A DNA stretch of 64,000 nucleotides. Origin: Heptranchias perlo (Eukaryota). The notes under the pieces are model-generated. The model was given only the letters and a program-made list of their open reading frames with translations, had not been told where the DNA came from and made no database searches. The position numbers were made by a program, and so were the translations under genes. Shown here piece after piece: positions 23,024-36,977 of this stretch. Where the stretch lies: positions 24,614,001-24,678,000 of the forward strand of contig NC_090349.1 of NCBI RefSeq assembly GCF_035084215.1, read 5' to 3'. Each line of letters begins with the position of its first letter. Position 1 is the stretch's first letter.

Positions 23024-23496
23024 TTTTTTTTTATTCGTTCATGGGATGTGGACATCAGTGGTGAGGCCAGCATTTATTGCCCATCCCTAATTGCCCTTGA
23101 GAAGGTGGTGGTGAGCCGCCTTCTTGAACCGTTGCAGTCCGTGTGGTGAAGGTTCTCCCACAGTGCTGTTAGGAAGGGAGTTCCAGGATTTTGACCAAGC
23201 GACGATGAAGGAACGGTGATATATTTCCAAGTGGGATGGTGTGTGACTTGGAGGGGAATGTGCAGTTGGTGTTGTTCCCATGTGCCTGCTGCCCTTGTCC
23301 TTCTAGGTGGTAAAGTTCGCAGGTTTGGGAGATGCTGTCGAAGAAGCCTTGGTGAGTTGCTGCAGTGCATCCTGAGGATGGTACACACTGCAGCCACGGT
23401 GCACCAGTGGTGAAGGGAGTGAATGTTTAGGGTGGTGGATGGGGTGCCAATCAAGCAGGCTGCTTTGTCCTGGATGGCATCGAGCTTCGAGTGTTG
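23024..23496 (-). mobile_element. CR1/L2-clade LINE 3' fragment with poly(A), inserted in copia pol
   Basis: SKSWNSLPNSTVG...GLQRFKKAAHHHLLKGN*, ending CCCATGAACGAATAAAAAAA; absent at the segment A site (~4703). Confidence 0.85.
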
Positions 23497-24719
23497 TTGC
23501 CTAACACGATGATGAGAAACATCACATTTTATTAAGGGGTTACAATAATGCCCTGACTGGGTAAACTGCAAATCAACCGGTTTCCCAAAAATGATAGCCT
23601 CATCGTGTTCCATGTCAAGTTTCATTTTTGCCTTTTTCATGGAAGGTTTACCCAAAAGCATTGGTATCTCACTAGAGACTACACCCATATTTATAAAATG
23701 GCTTACTCCAGCTATCTTACATGGAATTACCACTCGCTTGGGTGACCTCAAAGTGTTCTCATCTCAAAACGTAAAACATGTAGACCTTTTATATTCCTTA
23801 ACCTTGCATTGATCCTCACTGCTTCCTGAATCAAGATAACATTTTTAACCAATCTACCCCACATACAGTTGAAGTATATTTACTATCTAACACCGCACAG
23901 TTAAAGGAATCCGCGACTAATACATTCATCACAGGATCAGAACTCCTTGTGACCAGTATAATCTGTTCAGATTCCTCATTATCTTCAACCTCTTCCTCAT
24001 TTTCTTTATCCTCTTCCTCAGAACTACTTTCTTCATGCATCATTTCAAAGACACTGTGACTTTGCTCTGGGCAATTCGCCTAATAATGATACTTAGAGTC
24101 ACATCTAAAGCATCTATTAATTTTTCCTCGGGCATTCCTGAGATTCATTCATTATTACTGTCCCAATTTTGTCTTCTGTTGATATAACTGGATTTGTTGT
24201 ACCTACTTTCGTCACCAATCTGGCTGTCTTTAAACCTTCCGTCAGATCGACGGAAAATTTTGAAACCTGGTCTGGCGCCTGCGTTTAGTATCTGGAACAT
24301 TTCAAAACCTGGTAACCATCGAATCTTCCATTCTTTGTGTCACAGCGGAAGATCCCATTTGTTCGACGGAGGCTGATGGAAATGACTGTTTCCTCAGGAA
24401 TTTTTTTAAGGCAGCAGACATTTGATCCCACAGAGTCTCTTTTTCGAAGAACTGGACGCCAGTTAGGACCAGTTGTCTGTCCATATAAGACACGTTAGCA
24501 CAATCTTTAAATGGTAATATCAATCCAAGAATTCCCAATTGGATCTTTGTCAACCTTTTCTACAATTTGTTAAAGTCCATGATATACACTTCCATTGAAT
24601 GACTGTCTGTTTTCCGAAATCTATCAAATGCTGACCAGGCTTCATTGGCACTTAACAGGTCATCTTTCTGGTAGATTTGATCCAGAAATTCTATTAGAAA
24701 GGTAAAACCTTCATCATTT

Positions 24720-25360
24720 AGGGATTTACAAGGATGTTGCCAGGGCTGGAGAATTTTAGCTATGAGAAAAGATTGGATAGGCTGGGTTGTTTTCTTTGGA
24801 ACAAAGGATGCTGAGGGGAGATTTAATTGAGGTATATAAAATTATGACGGGACTTGATAGAGTGGATAGGGAGGACTTCAAAAGGGAACTGAGTAAGTAC
24901 TTGAAAGGAAAATATTTGAAGGGCTACGGGGATAAGGCAGGGGAGTGGCACCAGCTGGATTGCTCTTGCATAGAGCCGGCGCAGACTCAATGGGCTGAAT
25001 AACCTTCTTCTCTGCTGTAACCTTTCTATGATTCTAGGACCTATATCCCTTAGCAGAGGGGTCAGTGACCAGGGGGCATAGATTTAAAGTAATTGGTAGA
25101 AGGATTAGACGGGAGCTGAAGAAAATTCTTTTCACCCAGAGTGTGGTGAGGGTCTGGAACTCACTGTCTAAAATGGGCGGTAGAGGCAGAAGCTCTCACC
25201 TCATTTAAAAAGTACTTGGATGTGCACTTGAAGTGTCGTAACCAACAGGGCTACGGACCAAGTGCTGGAAAGTGAGATTAAGCTAGATAGCTCTTTTTCG
25301 GCCAGCACAGACACGATGGGTCGAATGGCCTCCTTCTGTGCCGTAACTTTCTATGATTCT
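24720..25360 (+). mobile_element. CR1 3' fragment with a nested second CR1 3' end (~24870-25037), segment B
   Basis: Homologous to 13356-13830 plus an extra tail-terminated insert; fused to copia gag by a deletion. Confidence 0.8.
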
Positions 25361-25429
25361 AAGCCTACCATATTCTGCTTACGACAAGTATTTGTTAACA
25401 GAGAAGACTACCACCTTCATTAACAACAA

Positions 25430-26580
25430 TAATGAGGACATGGAGGAGGAAAGGGTGGAAGCCAGGAGAGTGCAGCAGCATCTTTGCAGGCAACACCTGA
25501 CCCACGTGTATCCACACCACAGGGTCTACAGACCAGAGAAGACTGATCTGGATTTTTCCAATGGGAAGTATCTGAGAAGCTGCTGAGACTGTGACCGTCA
25601 TATGTGTTGGAACTTGACATGCAGCCTCCTTCCACATCGGAACATAAGAACAGAAGTGGGCCATTCAGCCCGTCGAGCATCTTCCACCCTCTGTAGCTCC
25701 GGGGGCACTGCCTTCTCTGTGGCTGTGAAGGTGACCACAGGAGTTAACTTTTATGCATCCAGATGCTTCCACGCAGCCTCTGGTAACATTAATCATATCA
25801 GTCAGTCAGATGTTCATCACTGCATTACACAGGTCATGGGTGCTTCAGACATGTCTCCAACTTCATTCAGACCCACATGCACCCAGCAACGCAGAGAGAA
25901 AGAGAGCCATCAACATCTTCCAAGTGGCTGGAATTCCACAAAATGCAGGGTGTTATTGATACCACCCAGTGGAAATGAAGGCCCTGTCTGGAAACCCCAC
26001 CAACCTCATCAACAGGAAGGGATCTCATTCCCTCAATGTGCAAATAGTGAGTGATGCTAGCCATCTCATTATGCATGTCAATGCATGCGACCTAGGGTGT
26101 AGCCCTGATTAGTTTACTCTCAGTCAATCCAGGATACTAGGATACTTGGACTGATCATCTTCAGCTATGTGACAGGGTGGCTCATAGGAGACTGGGGTAC
26201 ATGACCCAGCCTTGGCTCATGCCACATTTTTGGCATCTGAGGACAAAACTTGGGCACTACCAGGATCATTGTAAACGAGACCCATCGTATTCTCAAGTCC
26301 AATTTCCAGATCATTGAGAATCATGCAGTAACATCTAGCAAGGGTTTGTAGAACTGTAGTGACTTGCTGCAACCTCCATAATGTGGCCATTACAAGGGGA
26401 TTGCACCTTCCAGGCATGGACGGTGAAAAGGAAGAAGCTGAGCTAAATGTAGCCTTCTCAAAAATTGTGGAGAGCTCAGGGTGAAGTACACCTGCCTGGA
26501 TCTTTAGGTGTGGGTATCAGCAGGTCGGGGCCAGTAACTGCCTAAGATGCCTGATCAACCTGGCCTCTCTCCACATATAG
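25430..26580 (+). pseudogene. HARBI1-like transposase remnant, segment B
   Basis: Paralogue of 13900-15050. Confidence 0.72.
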
Positions 26581-28250
26581 AAGTGGACCCCCTGGAGCAG
26601 CCCAAATATCCTTTTTTGACAGTCTTTTTCTGGTCCCTTCTCATTCTAAAGATGTGATTTTCCCCCTTTAGGTGGCCCTGTCATGTAACGTTATGCCATA
26701 GCACCACCTTTAGGTGTAATACTTTGAGACCACTGAGTAGGCAAAACTGTGAAAGATGGAGTTGAATGTGGGGAAGTGTGAGGTCATCCATTTCGGAACC
26801 AAGAAAGACATCAGATTATTTTCGAAATGGCGAGAAACTAGGAACTGTGGAGGCGCAAAGGGATTTAGATGTCCAGGTACACAAATCACTAAAAACTAGT
26901 ACATAGGAAATCAAAAAGGCTAATGGAATGTTGGTCTTTATCGCAACAGGGCTGGAATACAAAGCGAAGGAAGTTTTGCTTCAGTTGTTCAGAGCCTTGG
27001 TCAATCCCAATCTGAATTACAGTGTTAAGTTTTGGACAACGCACGTCTGCCAGCTGTGTGTGAACCTCTGATCTCCTTGTATTAGTTGCTTTTAATGCAC
27101 CAGCTTGTGGCCTGTCCCATTAGTGGCCCAATCCTTTGGTTCTCTTGAAAAGTCCTCTTGGCGATACCAAACGCATTGTTCATCGACCAGTCAGCTATGT
27201 GCTGCAAGCTGTGCTCCTCCGAATTCTGCCACTTTACTTCCCCAAGACCAATCCTGATTAACAATGCCGTACTAGATTACTAGAGTATAATCACTGTCCA
27301 CTGACAAATAATTAACATCCTGCAACGAATCTCCTCTTTGCACATATCCCACTTCCACACAGAGCAGAATAACCATTCCAGACATACAATCATAACCCCT
27401 CTCCTCTGTTTCTCTAGCCTAATCCCCCATTTCCCTTTACCCCTCTTCCTGGACCTCTCTCCCCCTCCTCTCCGCTCGCCCTCTTCCCTCCCCCATAATG
27501 ATGAATCAAGATACAGCAAGTATTTCTAATGTAATTCATATTTACATCAGCTATTATCCAACCCTATGATGGCAACCGAGCAACATCTCCAGGGCAGTAG
27601 TTCATTTATTCTTCGGGTAGTTTTTGGATTCTACTCAAGAATGAGACACAAGTTGCAAAACAGTAAAAGTCTCAGCATTGATTGGTCAATTGCAATTACA
27701 TAATAATAAAATATTGGAAGATCTAAATAATAATTAACAGCCAGAGGAGAACATTATTTCTCTATACCATGTAAAAGCATACAAAGGAATTATTAATTAT
27801 TAAGTAATTATTCTACTTCAAATTTTTTCTCTTTTAATTATCATCCTTGTTTCTATTTAGCTGTATTTTTCGTGGCCTTTGTTGGTGTTTTGCAATACAT
27901 TTTCTCAGTAAACCACCTCAAGATTATACCACAATGGTTCAGTACTTCCAGCAATGGTACGAGAGAAATATATTGTGGTTGGGTGGAGTGGGATGCGGCT
28001 GGCAAGGGAGAATTTTACATACACCAGGACTCATCACAATCTCAAAACCCTGTAGAAATTGTTCCTTCACTTTAAAGAATTTAAAGAAATATTTTGCAGG
28101 TGCATAACACTTGACTTTGAAAGTTGCAGTATATTTCAGCACACATTCTTTCGAAACACATTACCTGATTAAAAAATGTTTCAACTTCAAATCATTCCAA
28201 GGCTTTCCACTTATTCACAGACTATACTTTAATTAAACAAGCTCATACAT

Positions 28251-29303
28251 TCATTGTTGACTCAGTCTGGCATTGATCACAGGTATTACGTTTTTTACGT
28301 TTTTTAGATGTTGATCCACAACTAGTTCTCTTTTCTGCTCTCTTGGTTGAATTCCTTCACTCGTTGCTGATGTGAAAAGGTTTAAATTAAGAGGAACAAG
28401 AGCTTTCTTCAAAGTAACATTAAATGTCGAACTTGAAAAGTGATAAATAACTGGGTCGAGCACACTGTTCAGATATGTCATAAATAGTGTATTATAAAAT
28501 ACCTGAACAGCTGTTACATATGACTTGCAGTCTTCTCTGCGTCTTTGCTTTGTAATTACCACAGCGAGTACAGCAATGTTTGTGGGCAAGAAACAAAATA
28601 TAAAAACTGCTGCCACAGCTATCACAAGCTTTACTGCTCGTTTATATTTACCCCTCATTTCAGTTTCCATCTGTTTTAACTTCCAGATGATACAGGACGT
28701 GGAGTACAGGATAATCGAAGCTGGTAAAATAAAATTGAAAAGAATAAAAACAATATCGGTCCAAATTGTCAGAGGATTTAGAGGCTTGTACATGTTGAAG
28801 GGCTCACAGTATGTCAGATTGTTGTGCTTGAAGTCGTGAGGTTCTGTTAAAATGTGCAAAGAAATTGTCACTGCTAGAATCCACAGAGCACCTGCTACCT
28901 TCACTGCACATCTTGCAGGTATCTTGTTCATTTGATGGTGAGGGTGGACCACCTTAAAATAACGATCGATCGCGGTAGCTGTCAGGAAAACAATGCTCCC
29001 CATCCGGTTTAGGGAAATAAAGAATACATTCAGACGACATGCAACATCACCAAAAATCCAGTTCTTCTCCCGTACAAAGTAATCTGCTCGAAATGGTAAA
29101 CAGCAGATGAACAGAGTGTCTGCAATCGCCAGATTCAGTGAATAAACAGTATTTGGTTTAAAGGACTTTGTATGAAAACAAAAGATCCATAAAGCAATTA
29201 CATTTCCGATGAATCCAAGGATAAATGTTATAATAATTACTGGTGGATTATAGGACGAATTAATGTCTTCAACAGAAGTACATAGCTGGGTCTCGTTGGA
29301 CAT
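28251..29303 (-). CDS. HCAR2/3-like GPCR copy 2, 350 aa, with a frameshifted C-terminal tip
   Basis: Same motifs as copy 1; ATG at 29303; ends KNVKNVIPVINARLSQQ*. Confidence 0.92.
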   Translation of the reverse strand: MSNETQLCTSVEDINSSYNPPVIIITFILGFIGNVIALWIFCFHTKSFKPNTVYSLNLAIADTLFICCLPFRADYFVREKNWIFGDVACRLNVFFISLNRMGSIVFLTATAIDRYFKVVHPHHQMNKIPARCAVKVAGALWILAVTISLHILTEPHDFKHNNLTYCEPFNMYKPLNPLTIWTDIVFILFNFILPASIILYSTSCIIWKLKQMETEMRGKYKRAVKLVIAVAAVFIFCFLPTNIAVLAVVITKQRRREDCKSYVTAVQVFYNTLFMTYLNSVLDPVIYHFSSSTFNVTLKKALVPLNLNLFTSATSEGIQPREQKRELVVDQHLKNVKNVIPVINARLSQQ

Positions 29304-30595
29304 TGTCGGCAATATTACAGTAAACTCAGTCACAGGCACAGAAATGAGTTAATTAACTGAATGATGCACAACGTTATATAGAATTCTTCCACTTTACATC
29401 ATAGATCATGGGTGGGGCTATAATAAAGTCAGACTATTTATCGAGTTATATCGTAAACCTGCCAGCAATTCTACTAGAATACCTTCAATATGCATTTACA
29501 GATAAATCATTCAAACTATACACCAAACCTATGCAAATATATCAGGCTTTGAATTTGGCTGGAGACGTTATGATAACATAAAACTGTATGGTCCTACTCA
29601 TTTTGCCTTCATAGATTCACCCAAAGAGGAAATGCTGTAATATTCCTTTTATCTGCCTTTTTAGAAATTTTGCAATCCATGCTCACTGTCAAGTTTTCAT
29701 TACTGAAATCAAAAAAATATTCAGCTGAGATGGTTATCTACCTCGATATAACCTGCTGATGAGAATGAATTTTATTTTGTAGAAGCTCTTTTTAGTGGAT
29801 TTGTGTCTGGTCCTTAATTTGCAACAGTTCTGAAGCCTTGCAAGAAAAAGTGTTGGTAACTTCCTGCCACACATTCACAGGAGATAAGTGGCTCTTCTGT
29901 CCTCTCTCCACCACAACATCTTTTGCTAATTTTTCTTTTCCTTCAGAAATCATAGAATGGTAACAAGATGGCTTCATGAGGTTTAACGCTTCTGAAATAA
30001 GTGAAAAGGACTATGGGTTGGTACTGTTGCCTCAACTGTACAGTGCGTTCGGCAATTGGGCAGTGTGATTTTAGCACACTTGCAATATAACACTGTGAAT
30101 TTTTGCAAAATCAGTGGTGTGTTGTCGGTAGTGACAGCTCCGTGATGAACTGACTTTGCTGCACTTGTATTAATGCATCCAGTACTCTCCTGATGGTAGT
30201 GAATCGTGATAGGGTACGGATTCATTCTTCAAATTTGAATCCCACATTAAGTGCTGGCAGGATATTATATGGTGTTGGATGGCAGGGTACCAGCAGACAA
30301 ACCCAAATCTGTCCTCACCCAGTTGCCACACAAACAGGCCTAGAAATTCAATCACGTCCAAAAACGGGCACACAGTGTTGTGCACTGCACGCGCCTTTTC
30401 AAGTTATACCAGGCTGCACGTTAAATTGATGCAGGTGTGCGGGTAGTGCGACCTATGCTATTCATTTGCTGCACGCCTCTTTGGCAGGTCTGGATATCGG
30501 ATGTCTCTGACACCACTTAAAGGCAGCCAGCAACTCTTAAAGGGGAGGTGCACTCTGGCAGCAGACAGCAGGAAGCGCCTGCTGTAAGGAGAGAA

Positions 30596-31766
30596 ATGGC
30601 TGTAAGACCTACACATTGGGCCTCCAGGTTCTCCGATGCTGCTTTGGAGGCTCTGGTCCAGGTGGTGGGCAGGCGCAGGGAGATCCTGCTCCACCCAGTG
30701 GGCAGAAAGTTCTCCAGGAAACACCTCCGCCGCCAGTGGGAAGAGATTGCAGAGGAGGTCAATGTTAGGAGCTTAGCTCCCAGGACATGGTTGCAATGCC
30801 GGAAATAGTTGAATGACCTCACCAGAGTTGTCAAGGTAAAAATACTGCTCTCTTACTCTTTGCTCACACCTCCACCATCTCCAGCCTCACTACTCACAAT
30901 ACTCCCATCTCCCACTTCCCTTCACTCTCCTACAACCACTGCACCACACTTCACTTCACTTCCTTCTCCTCCTACTCAAACTCTGCACTTTCTACACTCA
31001 CCACTATTCCAATCCTCAGTTCCCAACACCTCACATCTGACATACTGCAGAAGAAATATTCAACCACGACACATACATTCTCTAAACACATCACAAGACT
31101 CTCCCTAACACACTCCCTTCTTCCTTGCAGCAGAAGGTTGTGCACAACTCCAAACAGGACGCTGCCACCTGAGGAGGCTGAGCCCGCCTGCACACCCTGT
31201 CCCTGGTCGAAAGAAATGTGCTGGCCATCACAGGCAGGGGGAGAGTTATAGCCGTGGTGACTGACAATGGTGCAGGGTTTCCTCACACCTTATTCCCTTC
31301 TTACTTCTATTTCGCTCTACCCACTCTGCATGACAAACTGCTGCTGCTTTTATCAACCACTCATCTCTCTTTGCTCTCCATTTACACTAAAATATAACCC
31401 TTGTCCCTCTCTATCGTTTCAGGTGCTGACAATGTGGTGATGCCTCCGTCACTTCAGGAAGAGGTCACGTCTTCACTCGGTGAATGGCCAGGCACAAGTG
31501 TGCAGGAGCTTGGACAGGGGGATAGGATGTCACAGGTGCCAGCTCACCGGAGATTGAATAACATTCTAGCTCTGCTGCAGAGGACTCAGATGTTGACTTC
31601 GAGGGCCCAGGCTACCAAAGTAGGCTGATGGGCATATACCAGGAAATACTAAGTACATCAAGCAGCCTGCTAGTGAGCAAGGAGGAGTCCAGTTCCAACT
31701 TGTGTCAAGGCTTCATGCAGAGCATGGAGACCGTTCTGTTCAACATGCAGGGCCCTTCACCTGGTG
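30596..31766 (+). pseudogene. Harbinger Myb/SANT gene remnant, segment C
   Basis: Paralogue of 19083-20252. Confidence 0.75.
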
Positions 31767-34521
31767 TCCTGTGTTTATAAATCGGATAGCCAGGTGTTGA
31801 AGGATAGAATACTAGAGCCGAGTCTTCCGTTGCTTCCACGCCTTTATTCACAAAGCTCCACATTACACCCACAGCAAACCAGAGATCAGCTCGCTTATAA
31901 ATGGATACAAGAGAGTTCCCAATTGATATGCAGCACCTGAATACAGTTAACACCAGTTGATATAAATCACATGAATACAATTAACAGATTCCCTTCTCCC
32001 TCTTTAAATAAAAAAAATAAACTTTATACATACAATACAAACAAAATTTTGAAAATTCAAAAATTTCCATTCTCTGTATAACTTATACTATTCAAAGCGT
32101 TACATTGTGAGGCGACCCTTCTCCAGGACCTGTAATAATTTCTTCATACATCTACTTCTTTTAGTAAAACAATCCAACAGTTGATAGCTTGAATCCACCC
32201 ATTTAATTTGAGAGATTTCCTTTCTCTCCAGCATTTGTTTCAAGCCAGCAAGATCAATCCGTAATCTTTTCTCACTCATATTTTTCGTAGAGTGTACATT
32301 AACCCACAATGAATGATTTCTACATAACATTCAATGGGTATAGTATCTTCAGTACTCCCATTGTACAGGATGTCACTCAAAATATTTGCCAAATAGAATC
32401 CCGTATCCAGTGTGTCGATAAGAGCCAGTGTTTCAGCAGCCAGAGTACTTTTAACAATCCTTTTTATTTTCCTAGCTTCCCAAGCTGGAGGACAACATTT
32501 CCCATTCTTCCCCATAAGAAACACTCTGATACCAGCTGCACTAGAATACCCATCAGGAAGATTAGCATGTGAAGCATCACTAAAAATAACGAACTTCATT
32601 TTCTTTGCCTCACCTAAGGATGGAAACTTAAGTACCCATTTGTCTATATTTAATTTTTTGTAATGTTTTATTAGCCCGTAAAGCATTCTCGACTATGGCG
32701 TGTTTCGTTGAAGCACTTAACTCCAATACATCAAAACTGGCATCTGGTCTAGTCTGAGTGCACAACCAGTTCAACTGACCAATCAAGCTTCGTAATAGCT
32801 GTCTCTTCTTTAGATATAACATCACCATTCTGTGATGACCTAGTACGATTCAACCGGACGGGAGTCGCACTCTCATGAACATGTTGCAAAAAGAGCCAAA
32901 AAGATTTTTAAGATTACCTTTCCAGCAGTGGGAGAATCTACTTGAACATTTGTATCACCCAGTTTCTCTTCAAAACCCCTCGCTACCAACCTCGCTTTAG
33001 CTTATAAGGACTTTTTCAGTACAAACCCACCAATGCGACAAAGCTGGTTGACCCTTATGTTACCTCAGAATAAACTCCAAATTTGTTCCAACTGTCTCAC
33101 TCCCTTCATTTTGCCTCTCATACTCGTTTATCCTCAACTTTATTGGCAGCACCCAAAACTTCACGATCATGAAGATTTCTTCTTCTAGTTCTGTTACGTG
33201 ACTGTTCTGTAGTCTTTGTTTCATTGTCTGACCTGGTCAAGCTACATATTCTACTTCCATTTCTATGTCTGTAGGGACAACTACTAAGAGATCTCCCTCT
33301 TTCATTTCTTGTTCGCAATTGTTTTCTCAGGTGAGATTCACTTCCGGACTCCCTATCACTACTTGTACTCCACTTTCGTACTCTCCACTCTTTTACCCCA
33401 TTCTGCCAGCCCATGAACCTCGATTCATGGCCATCATCCTGATCATTCAACCAAAATTTAAACCTACCAGTAGCTTTGCTGGCACATCCCAAAATTTTTG
33501 CGTCCCTCCATTCATTAGTCCCTTCTGGAACATATGTCACCTGTGTACCCACTTTGGGTAATTGTTCTGTGGATGTGATAGCTGTGTCAGATGTTGCTTC
33601 ATCACTGACATTACCCACTGTCCAGTCCTTGATCGACCTCAGTTTGTACATCAGGAACCTCATCAGTAAAATCATAAACATCTGCTCAGAGTCTGAGATT
33701 TTATAATTAATTCCAATTCATCGTGAGGAATGAACTTTAACAGTTTGATTGCCTTGTTGGACAATTACTGTCTTACCATCACAACCTATTACCTCACCAG
33801 GGTCTTTCCATTCCCTATGGCCCTCTCTTCTACAGTATACCAAATCTCCTGAATTGAACTCTGTTTCAGATGGTCTAATAAGATGCCTCAGCGCTCTACA
33901 AATTTCCTCTGATACCTCTGCCTTGATAAAAGCCTGTCTATCTGCATGCATAACATTTAAATGCTCAAAAAAAATGGCACTAATTGTAGTATCTTCTAGA
34001 GCAAGAGCATTATCACAAAGAACACAAGGTAATTTGGGATTGCGCCCACAGACTAGTTGGTAAGCATTATATCCTCCAACCAACTGAAGAGAATTCTTTG
34101 CATGAACTGACCATGCAAGACAGTTGTCAATTTACACATTGTGCGATCAGCCAAAATTTTATGCACCATGCTATCAATCACAGCATGATTCCTTTCACAT
34201 AGACCATTGCTAAAAGGGCAGTCAGCTGCTGTATTCATGACAATTATATTCATATTTTCGCACATATCTCTGAACTCCGCTTTAGCGAATTCACTTCCAT
34301 TATTGGTCAAAAACTTTGCTGGTGTCCCAAGCCCAGTCCTTATCCATTTTTGCATAATTTTATCGAGAATAACCTTCTTCTCCTTACTATATATTAGTGT
34401 AGAAATACTAAATCTCATAGCCAGTTCAATGAAATGTAAGATGAAAACATTTCTGTCTTTGCCCCATACCTTTAGATCCATGGCAACTACTCTTAACCTT
34501 ATCGCCTGATGCTATTAATAC

Positions 34522-34994
34522 TTTTTTTTTATTCGTTCATGGGATGTGGGCATCGCTGGTGAGGCCAGCATTTATTGCCCATCCCTAATTGCCCTTGAGA
34601 AGGTGGTGGTGAGCCGCCTTCTTGAACCGTTGCAGTCCGTGTGGTGAAGGTTCTCCCACAGTGCTGTTAGGAAGGGAGTTCCAGGATTTTGACCCAGCGA
34701 CGATGAAGGAACGGTGATATATTTCCAAGTGGGATGGTGTGTGACTTGGACGGGAATGTGCAGTTGGTGTTGTTCCCATGTGCCTGCTGCCCTTGTCCTT
34801 CTAGGTGGTAAAGTTCGCAGGTTTGGGAGATGCTGTCGAAGAAGCCTTGGTGAGTTGCTGCAGTGCATCCTGTGGATGGTACACACTGCAGCCACGGTGC
34901 ACCAGTGGTGAAGGGAGTGAATGTTTAGGGTGGTGGATGGGGTGCCAATCAATCAGGCTGCTTTGTCCTGGATGGCATCGAGCTTCGAGTGTTG
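34522..34994 (-). mobile_element. CR1/L2-clade LINE 3' fragment in copia pol, segment C
   Basis: Same insertion as 23024-23496. Confidence 0.85.
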
Positions 34995-35211
34995 TTGCCT
35001 AACACGATGATGAGAAACATCACATTTTATTAAGGGGTTACAATAATGCCCTGACTGGGTAAACTGCAAATCAATCGGTTTCCCAAAAATGATAGCCTCA
35101 TCGTGCTCCATGTAAAGTTTCATTTTTGCCTTTTTCATGGAAGGTTCACCCAAAAGCATTGGTATCTCACTAGAGACTACACCCGTATTTATAAAATGGC
35201 TTACTCCAGCT

Positions 35212-36977
35212 TAAGGATCAACAAGGTCATCGATGTGCGGAACCACAAGAGATGGGTGAGATCCTGAATGAATATTTCACATCGGTATTTACGGTTGAGA
35301 AAGGCATGGATGTTAGGGAACTTGGGGAAATAAATAGTGATGTCTTGAGGAGTGTACATATTACAGAGAGGGAGGTGCTGGAAGTCTTAACGTGCATCAA
35401 GGTAGATAAATCTCCGGGACCTGATGAAATGTATCCCAGGACGTTATGGGAGGAAATTGCGGGTCCCCTAGCAGAGATATTTGAATCATCCACCGCTACA
35501 GGTGAGGTGCCTGAAGATTGGAGGGTAGCAAATGTTGTGCCTTTGTTTAAGAAGGGCGGCAGGGAAAAGCCTGGGAACTACAGACCGGTGAGCCTGACAT
35601 CTGTAGTGGGTAAGTTGTTGGAGGGTATTCTGAGGGACAGGATCTACAGGCATTTGGAGAGGCAGGGACTGATTTGGAACAGTCAGCATGGTTTTGTGAG
35701 AGGAAAATCATGTCTCACGAATTTGATTGAGCTTTTTTGAAGGGGTAACCAAGAAGATAGATGAGGGCTGTGCAGTAGATGTGGTCGACATAGACTTCAG
35801 CAAAGCCTTTGACAAGGTACCGCATGGTAGGTTGTTACATAAGGTTAAATCTCATGGGATCCAAGGTGAGGTAGCCAATTGGATACAAAATTAGCTTGAC
35901 GACAGAAGACAGAGGGTGGTTGTAGAGGGTTGTTTTTCAAACTGGATGCCTGTATCCAGCAGTGTGTCTCAGGGATCGGTGCTGGGTCCGCTGTTATTTG
36001 TTATTTATATTAATGATTTGGATGAGAATTTAGGAGGCATGGTTAGTAAGTTTGCAGATGACACCAAGATTGGTGGCATTGTGGACAGTGAAGAAGGTTA
36101 TCTAGGATTGCAACGGGATCTTGATAAATTGGGCCAGTGGGCCGATGAATGGCAGATGGAGTTTAATTTAGATAAATGTGAGGTGATGCATTTTGGTAGA
36201 TCGAATCGGGCCAGGACCTACTCCGTTAATGGTAGGGCGTTGGGGAGAGTTATAGAACAAAGAGATCTAGGAGTACAGGTTCATAGCTCCTTGAAAGTGG
36301 AGTCACAGGTGGATAGGGTGGTGAAGAAGTCATTCGGCATGCTTGGTTTCATTGGTCAGAACATTGAATGCAGGAGTTGAGATGTCTTGTTGAAGTTGTA
36401 CAGGGCATTGGTGAGGCTACACTTGGAGTACTGTGTACAGTTCTGGTCACCCTATTATAGAAAGGATATTATTAAACTAGAAAGAGTGCAGAAAAGATTT
36501 ACTAGGATGCTACCGGGACTTGATGGTTTGACTTATATGGAGGGGTTAGACAGACTGGGACTTTTTTCCCTGGAGAGTAGGAGGTTAAGGGGTGATCTTA
36601 TAGAAGTCTATAAAATAATGAGGGGCATAGATAAGGTAGATAGTCAAAATCTTTTCCCAAAGGTAGGGGAGTCTATAACGAGGGGGCATAGATTTAAGGT
36701 GAGAGGGGAGAGATACAAAAGGGTCCAGAGGGGGAATTTTTTCACTCAAAGGGTGGTGAGTGTCTGGAACGAGCTGCCAGAGGCAGGAGTAGAGGCGGGT
36801 ACAATTTTGTCTTTAAAAAGCATTTGGACAGTTACATGGGTAAGATGGGTATAGAGGGATATGGGCCAAGTGCAGGCAATTGGGACTAGCTTAGTGGTAT
36901 AAACTGGGCGACATGGACATGTTGGGCCGAAGAACCTGTTTCCATGTTGTAACTTCTATGATTCTATCTGTGATTCT
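35212..36977 (+). mobile_element. CR1 LINE, 5'-truncated (RT domain plus tail), unique to segment C
   Basis: KSPGPDEMYPR, NYRPVSLTS, QGSVLGP, FADDTK; (TTCTATGA)n-like tail; splits TTACTCCAGCT|ATCTTACATGG, which is intact at ~23703-23723. Confidence 0.92.

Larger units (their letters stand above)
20258..24719 (-). mobile_element. GalEa-like copia element, segment B copy (3' LTR, PPT, RNase H, deleted RT, integrase, protease, partial gag; 5' end deleted)
   Basis: RNase H FSDASHANLPDG...STLAAETLAL...EKRLRI...QLLDCFTK; integrase NGGEF/GLCERNH; PPT AAAGAGGGAGAAGGGAATC at 20473-20491. Confidence 0.9.

Noticed and set aside
23074-23751. Chimeric protease-LINE ORFs (also 47897-48280 and 50322-50705)
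   Set aside because: Chance read-through across TE insertion junctions; not conserved in frame among paralogues.
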